Shown here piece by piece: positions 1 to 9,200 of a stretch of DNA of 64,000 bases (position 1 is its first letter; each line of letters begins with the position of its first letter). The notes under the pieces were generated by a model, which saw only the letters and a list, made by a program, of their open reading frames with translations, was not told the origin of the DNA and did no database searches. The stretch is taken from positions 3,360,001 through 3,424,000 of the forward strand of contig CAWAIF010000003.1 in NCBI GenBank assembly GCA_963782055.1, written 5' to 3'. The position numbers and the translations under genes were made by a program. Origin of the DNA: an uncultured delta proteobacterium. GTDB taxonomy: Bacteria; Myxococcota_A; Polyangia; Polyangiales; Polyangiaceae.

Positions 1-407
1 GTGGTGTCGGCGGTCTGGCCCTGCGTCGCGGCGTGGAGGTCCCACGTCCCGGGCATGAACAGGTCCACGTCGGTAGCCACGTAGCGGCCGGAGCCGAGCG
101 CGGTGACCGTGGGAACCACCGACGTGCCGTGGCCCATCGTCGGCATCCACGGCGTGACGGTCATGGTGAGGCCATCCACCGGTTGCGAGCTCGCGGCGTC
201 CTGCACGGTGAGCTCCACCGCGTTGACGCCGCGCACGATGCCGGTGTCCTGGGCGCGCAGGGTGAGCTGCAGCGCCCCGGAGTCGCTCGTCGCGCTGTCC
301 AGCGCAGCCGGCGCGAAGCGCAGGCTCGCCGGATTGGCCGTGGTCGGTCCGGACGAGGCGCACGCGACGGCGCCGAGCAGCATGGCGCCTGCCAGCCAGG
401 GTCTCAC
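1..407 (-). CDS. YtkA/FixH-like lipoprotein, 3' end beyond the window
   Basis: Read manually. GTG at 407 overlaps the upstream stop (GTGA). N-terminus MRPWLAGAMLLGAVAC is a lipobox. Contains PWMPTMGHGTS and VDLFMPGTWDL motifs typical of YtkA-like Ig-fold proteins. Confidence 0.75.
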   Translation of the reverse strand, partial: MRPWLAGAMLLGAVACASSGPTTANPASLRFAPAALDSATSDSGALQLTLRAQDTGIVRGVNAVELTVQDAASSQPVDGLTMTVTPWMPTMGHGTSVVPTVTALGSGRYVATDVDLFMPGTWDLHAATQGQTADT

Positions 408-1027
408 GGGACGCTCACGTAGAACGCCGCGTGGCCGTGAGGCGAGTCCTCGGTGTCCGTGCACTCCTCGCGGAAGTGGAAGCGCACCGTCCACTGCCCC
501 GGCTTGTCGAAGCGGATGGGCCCGACGGTGTAGACGCCGGGGGAGGTCTCCGTCGCGTGCGGCGAGGAGTTGGGCGCCGGGTGGGTGTCGTTGAGGAACA
601 CCTCCAGGTCCGGGTTGGCGTCGGTGAGCGGCGTGCCGTCCACCTTGGTCGTGGCGGTGACGGTGAAGGTCACGTCGGCGTTCTCGCAGACGGGGCTGGA
701 CGACCACTTCACGTGGTACTTGCAGTCGTCGTCGTCGCCCTCCTGGTTGAACATGGTATCGCCGTAGTCCCCCGTCGCGCCGGCGTCGGGATCGGCCGCG
801 CCGGCGTCGGCGGTGCAGGCCGCGGGGTCGACGGTCACGACGATCGGCCCGGCGTCGCCGCTGCAGTGGGTGTCGGCGGCGCCGGAGACCGGGCCTCCGG
901 GGGTGGAGCAACTGGCGTTGTCGCTGGACGTGGAGCACGCGGCGATGACGACGGCGAGCGCGGCGATCGCGCCCGCGGTCCGGATGGAACCTCGAGACGA
1001 AGACAACGAATGGACGTGTACGGACAT
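404..1027 (-). CDS. YtkA-like lipoprotein with a His/Cys-rich C-terminus
   Basis: ATG at 1027 with a GGAGG RBS. Lipobox AVVIAAC. Motifs PGVYTVGPIRFDKPGQWTVRFH and C-terminal ECTDTEDSPHGHAAFYV. Confidence 0.75.
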   Translation of the reverse strand: MSVHVHSLSSSRGSIRTAGAIAALAVVIAACSTSSDNASCSTPGGPVSGAADTHCSGDAGPIVVTVDPAACTADAGAADPDAGATGDYGDTMFNQEGDDDDCKYHVKWSSSPVCENADVTFTVTATTKVDGTPLTDANPDLEVFLNDTHPAPNSSPHATETSPGVYTVGPIRFDKPGQWTVRFHFREECTDTEDSPHGHAAFYVSVP

Positions 1028-1083
1028 GCAGGCCTCCTGCAGACGTGGGAACGTGCGCGCGGACCCCCACCGCGCGAGGTGGA
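1026..1083 (-). promoter_or_regulatory. Intergenic stem-loops that sequester the RBS and start codon of the 404-1027 gene
   Basis: Minus strand reads TGA-TCCACCT-CGCGCGG(TGGGGGT)CCGCGCG-C-ACGT(TCCC)ACGT-C-TGCAGG(AGG)CCTGCA-TG. The last hairpin contains the SD and the A of ATG. Confidence 0.55.
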
Positions 1084-1503
1084 TCACGCCGCGAGGGCTC
1101 GAGGAGGCGGGGTGGGCGGCTCGTCCGGACCGCGGGAGCGAAGGGGCAACGGCTGCGGCGCGCGCGTCACCGTGACCACGCGCGGGAGGGGAGCCAGCTC
1201 GGCGGTGAGCCCGGCGGGGCTGCACGTCGGCAGCGCGGGGGCCGGCGCGGGCGGGTCGGTGTCGCAGGTGGAGTGGATGACCGGGTAGGGCGTGGCGCGC
1301 CGCTCCAGCAGGCGCTCGTGCGCCAGAGCCTCGCACTCCGGGCAGTGGCACTCCCCCATCTTCATCCCGCACATGCAGTGATGCTCCTGCACGCCACCCA
1401 GCGCGCGGATCACCGGCATCGTCGCGGGGCCCAGCCACACGGGCGCCAGTACCACGAGCAAGCAGCAGAGCTTGACCACGGCGTGCACCGCAGCCCTGGA
1501 CAT
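1084..1503 (-). CDS. Cys/His-rich exported leader protein with a Pro-rich C-terminus (DUF2946/CutF/CruR-like)
   Basis: Hydrophobic N-terminus, HHCMCGMKMGECHCPEC metal motif, C-terminal RSRGPDEPPTPPPRALAA. Lies directly upstream of the YtkA-like genes. Confidence 0.6.
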   Translation of the reverse strand: MSRAAVHAVVKLCCLLVVLAPVWLGPATMPVIRALGGVQEHHCMCGMKMGECHCPECEALAHERLLERRATPYPVIHSTCDTDPPAPAPALPTCSPAGLTAELAPLPRVVTVTRAPQPLPLRSRGPDEPPTPPPRALAA

Positions 1504-1546
1504 CCTGCGCGGTCTCGCGGAGAGGGCCCGCGCCACCACCGACCGC

Positions 1547-1580
1547 GCGTCGGATTGCAAGGACCCTTGCAATGCGACGC
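1547..1580. promoter_or_regulatory. Palindromic candidate operator
   Basis: GCGTCGGATTGCAAG-GACC-CTTGCAATGCGACGC, a 14/15 bp inverted repeat with an AT-richer core, about 44 bp upstream of the 1503 start. Confidence 0.55.
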
Positions 1581-1780
1581 CAGGCCGCGGGAAACGGCCA
1601 CGGACCACGCCATCCGACCCTGGCCGAAGGCCGGGCGACGGCTGCAGAGGCGCGCAGAGGAAGGGCCGCCAGGGCATCACGGCTCCTCTGCTATAGATGC
1701 GGGTCGCGCCCGGGGCAAGTCGGCTCATGTGGACTTCCCGCGCGCGATCCCTTATTTCAAGGGCCCCAGAGGACACCCCG

Positions 1781-2008
1781 ATGATCGAATGGCCCCACGA
1801 AGACGCGCAGACCGAAGGCGCCTCGCGAGTTCTCGAGCTGTTCAAGAAGACGGGCTTCGCCGCCCAGCTGGAGGAGGACACCCACACCTGGACCTTCCGG
1901 AGCTGGGCGCGCAGCCCGGAGGCGCCGGCCCGCATGCTGCTGCGCAACGACGCCGGCGAGTCGCGCGCCTTCGTGCGCGAGGTCACCGGGCTCTGGCGCG
2001 TGGAGTAG
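1781..2008 (+). CDS. Small hypothetical protein (75 aa)
   Basis: ATG at 1781 preceded by AGAGG. Protein-like composition (MIEWPHEDAQ...LWRVE). Confidence 0.6.
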   Translation: MIEWPHEDAQTEGASRVLELFKKTGFAAQLEEDTHTWTFRSWARSPEAPARMLLRNDAGESRAFVREVTGLWRVE

Positions 2009-2057
2009 CCTCACCCTCCGCCCCTCTCTCCACTGCCTGGAGAGGGGGAGGAGAAGG
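2009..2057. repeat. REP-like palindromic element, copy A
   Basis: cctcaccctccgcccctctctccactgcctggagagggggaggagaagg forms a hairpin CTCTCCA/TGGAGAG. Near-identical to 15489-15537. Sits at a convergent gene junction. Confidence 0.6.
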
Positions 2058-2892
2058 AGGCGAGGAGGGTGCGGTAGGCGGGCTCGGCTTCGGGGAGGCC
2101 GATGGCCACCAGACCCGGGACCACGTCCTCCTCCATGCCGTCGAAGAAGGCGCGCGCGTAGCCGGCGTCGGTGAGCGTGCCGAAGTTGGGCTCGGGCTGC
2201 GCCTCCGGCTCGCCGCGCGCCCACTCCGGCCCGCGGGTGGCGAGGCACAGGCGTGCAAAGTGGGCGAAGAGGCCCGGCAGCTCGCCGGCGAGGCGATCGC
2301 GCTCGCCAGGGTCCGCCTCACGCATCAGCAGGGCGCCCGCCTCCCAGCCGAACTCGCCGTGGAAGGTCTCGTCGACCAGGATGGCCGACACCACCTCCCG
2401 CGCCAGCGGCACGGTGGCCGCGCGCAGCGCGCGCCGGAACATGCGGCCGCTCAGCGTCTCGCCGATGCAGAAGGCGGCGACGAGCATCTGTCGGACGTGC
2501 TCGCGCAGCGAGGCGCCGGCCACCTCGTGGTGGAGGGCGTCGGCGTCGACCTCCGGCGCGGCGGGTCGGCCGAAGGCCTCGCACATGCGCATGCACAGAT
2601 CCGTGTGGCGGACCTCGTCGGCGATCATCCGGGCGAAGGCGCCGGACCAGTCGAGCGGCGCGCCGAGGAGCTGCACGTGGGCCGCCAGCTCGGTGAAGAG
2701 GGTCAGCGAGTGGAGCTCCTGCACCGCCCGCGTGCGCCAGAGGAGCGCGGCGTCGTCGAGCGCGTGGGCGTCGTAGCCCGCCGGATCGAACGCCTCGAAG
2801 TGGACCTCGCCCCGGCGCGGTCGCACCAGGAGCTCGTGCTCCTCGGTCAGCGCGAGGTCCTCGCCGCTGCTGCGGCGCAGCGTGAAGGTCAC
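2011..2892 (-). CDS. Ferritin-like diiron-carboxylate protein
   Basis: Paired E...ExxH motifs: QELHS, DEVRH, CIGETLS, DETFH. GTG start at 2892 is inferred. Confidence 0.8.
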   Translation of the reverse strand: MTFTLRRSSGEDLALTEEHELLVRPRRGEVHFEAFDPAGYDAHALDDAALLWRTRAVQELHSLTLFTELAAHVQLLGAPLDWSGAFARMIADEVRHTDLCMRMCEAFGRPAAPEVDADALHHEVAGASLREHVRQMLVAAFCIGETLSGRMFRRALRAATVPLAREVVSAILVDETFHGEFGWEAGALLMREADPGERDRLAGELPGLFAHFARLCLATRGPEWARGEPEAQPEPNFGTLTDAGYARAFFDGMEEDVVPGLVAIGLPEAEPAYRTLLASFSSPSPGSGERGGG

Positions 2893-2905
2893 GGCGCCTT
2901 GCGCG

Positions 2906-3223
2906 CTACCGGGGGAGGCCCCTGGGCGGGGCGTTGATGATGCGCGGGCGGAAGCTCGGCGGGCCGCTCGGCGCGGGCGCCGCGCTGGCGGAGCCGGACG
3001 GCGCGGCGGACGGGGCCGCGCTGTCCGACGGCGCGGGGGTGGCGGTCGCGTTGGTGTGGACCTGCTCGGTCGGCGCCGGCCCGTTGACGTGCGGCTCGGA
3101 GGTGTCCGGCGCGTTGACGCCCGGCGGGTTGTCCTTGGTGCAGGCCACCGCGAGGGTGCCGATGCCCACGAGCGCCACGCCTCGGGTGAGGGCGGTGAGC
3201 CGTTGGAGTCGATGACGTCGCAT
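2906..3223 (-). CDS. Small low-complexity lipoprotein with repeated xx-N-[AG]-[PT] motifs
   Basis: Lipobox TLAVAC. Motifs GVNAP, HVNGP, HTNAT and IINAP within a Pro/Ala/Ser linker. Confidence 0.65.
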   Translation of the reverse strand: MRRHRLQRLTALTRGVALVGIGTLAVACTKDNPPGVNAPDTSEPHVNGPAPTEQVHTNATATPAPSDSAAPSAAPSGSASAAPAPSGPPSFRPRIINAPPRGLPR

Positions 3224-3287
3224 GCCCGCAGCCTACCCCAAACGGCTCCCCCCGCCATCCCCGCCGCGCTCCGGCCACCGCAAGACC

Positions 3288-4274
3288 TCAGCGGTCGGAG
3301 TCCACCGCGCGCAGGGTCTCCTCAATCCCGCGGCCCGGCTGGAACGCGAGCACCGTCCGGGCGCGCGTGTCGTCCACCATGCAGACGTAGCGGATGTGGT
3401 CGAGCTCCGGCGCGGGGAAGCTGGTGAGCCGCAGCGAGAACATGCGCTGGAGCGTGGTCTTCGCCAGCGAGTACGGCACCGGCACCCGCTTGCGGCCGAG
3501 GATGGAGATGACGCGCGAGAGGGGCAGCGGCTCCGGCCCCGCCACGTTGAAGATCCCCCGCACGCCCGGCGCGAGCGCGGCCTGGAAGGCGCGCACCACG
3601 TCGCTCTCGTGGATGACCTGCACCATCGGGTCGTAGCCGAGCAGCGTGGGCATGCGCTGCAGGCGCAGGAAGTTGGAGGCGGCGTTGCGCACCGTGCCCA
3701 GGATGTGGACCGGCCGCAGGATGACGGTCTCGGTATCGGGGTGCTTCCAGAAGAAGCTCTGCGCGAGCATGTCGACCTCGATGAGGTCGCGGATCTCGGA
3801 GAAGCGCGCGCCGCCGAGCAGGGGGGCCTCCTCCGTCAAGAACTGCGGGTTGTGTGGCTGCGGGCCGTACACGTTGGCGCTGGAGAGCACCACGAACTTG
3901 GGCACGTGGAACTGCGCGACGTACTCGAGCAGCTTGGTGAAGCCCTCCACGTTCCACGAGTGGTGCTCGGCGGCGGAGGCTCGCGGGTCGTGCATGACGC
4001 CCAGGTGCACCACCGCCTCCACGTCCCCGCCGCGGAAGACCTCCTTCAGCTTCTTGCGGCGCAGGTCGAGCTGCTGGTGCTCCACGTCCTTCGGCTTGTC
4101 GGGGAAGGCGCGGCGATCCACGCCCACGACGGTGCGCTCGCGGTGGAGCACGCGGGCGAGGCGCCGGCCGAGCCGCCCGCAGATGCCCGTCACCACCACC
4201 TTCCCGCCGCCGCGCGGGGCCGTCTTCGGCCCGGACGCGTGCGACCTGGGCTTGGGCTTGGACGCGCGGGGCAT
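3288..4274 (-). CDS. NAD-dependent epimerase/dehydratase (extended SDR)
   Basis: VVVTGICGRLG Rossmann motif and LSSANVYG. ATG at 4274. Confidence 0.85.
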   Translation of the reverse strand: MPRASKPKPRSHASGPKTAPRGGGKVVVTGICGRLGRRLARVLHRERTVVGVDRRAFPDKPKDVEHQQLDLRRKKLKEVFRGGDVEAVVHLGVMHDPRASAAEHHSWNVEGFTKLLEYVAQFHVPKFVVLSSANVYGPQPHNPQFLTEEAPLLGGARFSEIRDLIEVDMLAQSFFWKHPDTETVILRPVHILGTVRNAASNFLRLQRMPTLLGYDPMVQVIHESDVVRAFQAALAPGVRGIFNVAGPEPLPLSRVISILGRKRVPVPYSLAKTTLQRMFSLRLTSFPAPELDHIRYVCMVDDTRARTVLAFQPGRGIEETLRAVDSDR

Positions 4275-4279
4275 CGGCG

Positions 4280-5146
4280 TCACCAGAACACGTGCGGCCT
4301 CTCCATGAGGCCGCGGTTGATCATCGACTGCACCTGGGCCTTGACCACCCACACCTTCTCCTCGATCACCGAGTCGTCGTCGTCGGCGTCGCCGGAGAAG
4401 CGCATCGGCTCGCCGAAGTAGATGCGGTAGCGCGTCGGCAGCGGCAGCGCGCCGCCGGGCAACAGGAGCTGCGGCATGATGGGGAAGGCGGGCATGCGGA
4501 AGAGGCGCGCGAGCGACTCCAGGTTGGCGACCGAGACGTACTGCTCCTCGCCGCCGATGACGGCCACCGGCACGATGGGCGTGTTCGTCTCCACGGCGAG
4601 GCGCATGAAGCCCAGCCCGAACTCGACGAGCTGGTAGCGGTGGTCGAAGGTCTTGGAGATGCCCCGCGAGCCCTCCGGGAAGACGAGCAGCGCCTCGTCG
4701 TGCTCCAGCAGGCGGCGGGCGTTCTCCGGCACGCCGACCACCTGGCCCACGCGCGAGAAGAGCAGGGAGACGAAGGGCAGGGTGCCCGCCCACTTCTCCA
4801 CCATCGCCCGGACGAAGCGCGGGGGCTCGACGTCCATGAACATCGCCGCGCCGATGAGCGCGCCGTCGATGGGCAGCTGCCCGGAGTGGTTGGCGATGAG
4901 CAGCACCCGGCCCTCCGGCACGTTCTTGGCCCCGAAGACCTGCGTGCGGAAGTAGCGGCGGTGCAGCAGCGCGACCGCGGAGAGCGCGTACTTGGTCCAC
5001 TCCGGGTCCTGGCCGAAGGAGTCGACGCCGCTCGGGCCCAGGTTGAGGGGCACGCGACGCAGCCGCTCGTCGAACTCCTCGCCGAGCATGGACGTCATGC
5101 TCCGCTCCACGGCGCGCGTGGCGAGGCCCGTCGCCGCGCGGATCAT
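4280..5146 (-). CDS. Lysophospholipid/glycerol acyltransferase (PlsC-like)
   Basis: NHSGQLPID (HxxxxD), VFPEG and PIVPVAV motifs. Start is uncertain (5146 or 5260). Confidence 0.85.
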   Translation of the reverse strand: MIRAATGLATRAVERSMTSMLGEEFDERLRRVPLNLGPSGVDSFGQDPEWTKYALSAVALLHRRYFRTQVFGAKNVPEGRVLLIANHSGQLPIDGALIGAAMFMDVEPPRFVRAMVEKWAGTLPFVSLLFSRVGQVVGVPENARRLLEHDEALLVFPEGSRGISKTFDHRYQLVEFGLGFMRLAVETNTPIVPVAVIGGEEQYVSVANLESLARLFRMPAFPIMPQLLLPGGALPLPTRYRIYFGEPMRFSGDADDDDSVIEEKVWVVKAQVQSMINRGLMERPHVFW

Positions 5147-5373
5147 CTCGCCGCCCAGGCCGCTCCAGCGCGACCTGACGAGCGCGCCTGACGCCCCGTC
5201 GCGCGGTGGCCCCTGGCGCCCCGCCCCGTCCCGTCCGGGATGGCCTTGCTCGCGCAGCACGATCCAAGGACTACGCCGCGGTCGCGCGGGGGGTCAAGCA
5301 CCGGAGGGGAGGGGGACCGGGTCGGTCGCGATTCTCGCCGCGGCGGGGCGCGCGCGATTTACGCTGGACACCC

Positions 5374-6267
5374 ATGCGAGAGCCGCCGCCGCTTCGACCC
5401 GGGGACCGCGTCGCGATCGTGGCCCCGTCCAGCCCGTTCCCGCGGCCGGCGTTCTTCGGCGGGCTGGAGTGGCTGCGCGAGCGCTACGCCCTCGCCGTGC
5501 GCCCGGAGATCCTCGCGCGGAGCGGCTACCTCGCCGGCGACGACGACCGGCGCGCCGCGGAGCTTGGTGGATACATGCAGCAGCCGGGCATCCGCGCCAT
5601 CGTGTGCGCTCGCGGTGGCTACGGGGCGACCCGTATCGCGCGGCGGCTGCCGTGGGACGCCTTCGCCCAGCACCCGAAGTGGATCGTCGGCTTCTCCGAC
5701 GTCACCGCGCTGCTGCTCGAGGCGGCGGCACGCGGCGTCGCGGCGGTGCACGGGGCCAACGTCACCGGCCTGGGTCCCGCCTCCGGCCCTGCCCGCGCGC
5801 GGGTGCGCGCCTCGTGGCTCGCCGCGCTGGAGCGGCCGGGATCGCCGCGGGCGTGGCCCGGTCTGCAGGTGGTGCGCACCGGCCGGGCGAGCGGACCGGC
5901 CTTCGGCGGCAACCTCTCGCTGGTCGCGACGATGGCGGCGGCCGGCACCCTGCGGGTGCCCGACGGCGCGGTGGTGCTGCTGGAGGACGTGACCGAGCGC
6001 CCCTACCGCGTCGACCGCATGCTCACCGCGCTGCTCGACGGGGGCCACCTGGCCCGCGCCTCCGCCTTCGTCTTCGGCTCCTTCGCCCAGTGCACCCCCG
6101 GGCCCGATGGCGTGCGCGTCGAGGAGGTCCTCGCCGACCGCTTCGGCACCCTCGGCGTCCCCGTCGTCACCGGCGCCCCCTTCGGACACACCGACGACAA
6201 CGAGGCCTTCGTCGTGGGCTCCACCGCCACCCTCCACGGCCCCACCCTCACCTTCACCTCCTCGTAG
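5374..6267 (+). CDS. ldcA: LD-carboxypeptidase (peptidase S66)
   Basis: ARGGYG, GFSDVT (Ser), GGNLS, LLEDV (Glu) and PFGH (His), the S66 catalytic triad. Confidence 0.9.
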   Translation: MREPPPLRPGDRVAIVAPSSPFPRPAFFGGLEWLRERYALAVRPEILARSGYLAGDDDRRAAELGGYMQQPGIRAIVCARGGYGATRIARRLPWDAFAQHPKWIVGFSDVTALLLEAAARGVAAVHGANVTGLGPASGPARARVRASWLAALERPGSPRAWPGLQVVRTGRASGPAFGGNLSLVATMAAAGTLRVPDGAVVLLEDVTERPYRVDRMLTALLDGGHLARASAFVFGSFAQCTPGPDGVRVEEVLADRFGTLGVPVVTGAPFGHTDDNEAFVVGSTATLHGPTLTFTSS

Positions 6268-6294
6268 GGAGAGGGGGGAGCGGCCGGGATGAGC

Positions 6295-9200
6295 TCAGCG
6301 GCCGGGGAGCGGGGGCGGGACGGATCCGGTGCCGCCCTCGTCCTCCTCGTCGTCCTCGACGATCTCGGCGATGTCGTCCACCACCATGATCTCCTCGTCG
6401 TCCTCGCCGGCGGCCTCCGCGCCCTGGAAGGGGCGGGCGATGGTCTCGTCGTTGAAGTCGATCGCCGGGCGCTCGTCGGTGGAGGAGAGCATGTCGCTCG
6501 GGGGGGGCACGGGCGTCTTGCTGGCGTCGGCCAGCGCGGGGTGGGAGCCCGGCTCGGCCCGCGAGGGCGAGTTGGCCTGCATGATCGCCGCGACCTGATC
6601 GGCCGGGACGGCCACCGTCGGGAACTCGGAGTCGCGCTGCGACTTGGGCGGCTGCGATCTGGGTGGCTGCGACCTGGGCGGCTGGCCGGCTGGGGTCTCC
6701 GAGGTGTCCGTCAGGGCCGCGACGATGGCGCCGGTGTCGGTCGGCATCTCCATCGGCCGCGGGGTGAAGGCGACCGGGGTCGGCTGGCTCAGCTTGCCGG
6801 TGGAAGGCGTCGGCATCGACGGGTTGGTGCTGTCCGGCAGATCCTCCAGCGTGGGGGGCTTGGGCGGCGCGTAGGCGTCGGAGGCGCCCGGGTCGGGCTT
6901 CTTGAGCATGTTCGCCTTGGCGCGCTCCAGGCCGGCCTGAGCCTCCGGGTCGCCCGACTTCATCCGCAGCACGCGGCGCCAGGCGTCGGCGGCCTCCCGC
7001 GGGTCCTGGAGCTGCTCCTCCCACATCCGCGCGACCTTGCGCGCCAGCTCGGCGCGGGTGGTCATGTCCTTGCCGCGCAGGATCTGGTCCTCGTACAGCT
7101 GCACCATGCCGCGGTAGTCGCCGAGCTCGGTCAGCAGAGAGGACAGCTCGTCCATCACCGCCGGCTCGTTCGGGGAGAGGTCGTGGAGCTTCTTGAGGTC
7201 GGCGGCGGCGCCGGCCTTGTCGTTCAGCTCGGTGCGGCGGAGCTTGGCGCGCTGGGAGAGGAGCTGGCGGACCAGCGGCCCGTCGAACACCTCCGTCAGC
7301 GCGTGGCTGATGGCGGCCTCGGCGCGGGAGAGGTCCCCCACCTCCTTCGCGAGGTCTTCCAGCGCATCGAGGGTGGAGGGATCGACGTGCGCGACCAGGG
7401 CGTCCCCCATCCAGCCGAAGGCCTGGTCGACGTCGCGCAGGCCGCGGAAGGACAGGGTGGCCGCGCGCCGCAGCAGGGCGCCGCGCGTCTTGCCGCCGTC
7501 GCGCGCGCCACCGCCTCCGGCCGCGAGCGCGGCGCAGAGCGCGCGACGGAGCTTCTCCACGCCGGTCTGCCGGTCGCCCTCGGCGGCCGTCTCCTCCAGC
7601 AGGGTGAGCGTCTCGTCGGTGGGCACGCCGGTGAGGGCGAGCTCGAAGAAGGTGCGGGCGCGATCGGTCATGCCGCGCGCGCCGGCGACCTGGGCGGCCC
7701 GCGCGAGGGCGCGGGTGCGGTCCGCGGGCGCCTTGCAGCGGGAGACCTGCCGCTCGTAGAGCTCCACCACGTCGGCTGGCTTGTCGGCCAGCGCGGCGAG
7801 ACGCTCCAGCAGGGGCTCGGCGTCGGTGGGGGCGACGCTGGTCATGCCCTGCTCGCCGTGGTTGATGGCCTCGGCGCTGGTGGCGCCGGCCTTCGCCCGC
7901 GCCTCCGCCTGGCGCACCAGCTCCGTCGCGCGCTCCGGGCCGGAGAGATCGCGCAGCAGGATGTCGTGCGCGACGAAGAGCGCGTCCTGGTCTGCCGCGC
8001 GCACCGCGAGCTCCTCCAGGCGACCAGCGAGATCCAGGTCGGCGCCCTTGGCGCGCACGATCTCCATCGCCACGCGCATGGCGTCTTGATCGCGCCCCAC
8101 CTCGGCGAAGCGATCGAAGGCACCGCGCAGGGCCTCGGTGCGCTCCGGCCCGCCGCGCGCGTCCATCCACCAGTCGCAGAGCTTGCTGGCGACCAGGCCC
8201 TTCCAGCCGAGGCGATCCCCCAGCTCCACGTAGGCGGCGCGCAGGTGCAAGTTGCCGAGATCGGCGAGCTCGGTCAGCGCGGCGAGGGCCTCGTCGCCGC
8301 GGTTGAGGCGGTCGGCGAGGATGGCGCAGAGCTTGAGGGTCATGTCGGCGGCGTCGTCCTCGTCGCCCTCCACCTCGATGCGCTGGGCGAGCAGCTCCGC
8401 CACGCGGTCCCACTGCTCGATCTTCTCGCAGAGCTCGCACAGGCGGGCGAGGGCGTCGAAGTCCTCCGGGTCCGCCTTGCGCACCAGATCCAACGCGCGG
8501 ATCGCCTGCTTCGGGTCGTCCAGGCGATCGTAGAGGCGCGCGAGGCGCGCGGCGATCTGCCCGCGCTCGGTGGTGTCCGCCACCAGCTTGAGCTCGCGCT
8601 CCAGCGCGTCGGCCGCGGAGGCGAAGTTGTCCCGGGCCTCCTGCAGATCGGCGATGGCCTGCAGGGCGGGCCGGCAGGTCGGGTCCAGATCGCTCAGCAC
8701 CGACTCGTAGCGCAGGATGGCGGTGTCCACGTCGCCGACACCCTCGGCGAGGAGCTCGGCCTCGCGCAGGGCGACGCGCGCCTTGTCCGCGGTGTCCACC
8801 GCGATGCTCCCGAGGCGTCGCAGCAGGGTGGTGGCCTCGGTGTGATCCTCGCGCTCGACGGCGTAGTCGATGAGCTTCTCCAGCGCCTCGCAATCGTCGC
8901 CGTCCTCCAGGACCTTGAGCCACTGCTCGCGGGAGGCCTCGCGGTCGCCCAGCTTGGTGGCGTAGAGCGTCGCCGCCTCGCGGCGGATGGCGACGCGCTT
9001 GGTCCTGTCGGTGATGCGGTTGCCGCGCTTGGAGAGGAAGGCGACGAGCTCCGGCCACGAGTCGGTCGCGGTCAGGCGCTCGCCGAGGGCGCCCGCGTAC
9101 TCGTCGTTGACGGGGTCGAGATCGGTCGCCTGCTGGAGCTTCTCCAGCGCGCCCGGCTCGTCGCCGGCGCGCAGCAACAGCTCCGCGGCGTGGGCGTAGA

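Noticed and set aside
4274..5267. N-terminal extension of the 659-aa ORF as an SDR fusion
   Set aside because: It overlaps the acyltransferase in another frame and is Arg/Pro/Ala junk. The real start is at 4274.
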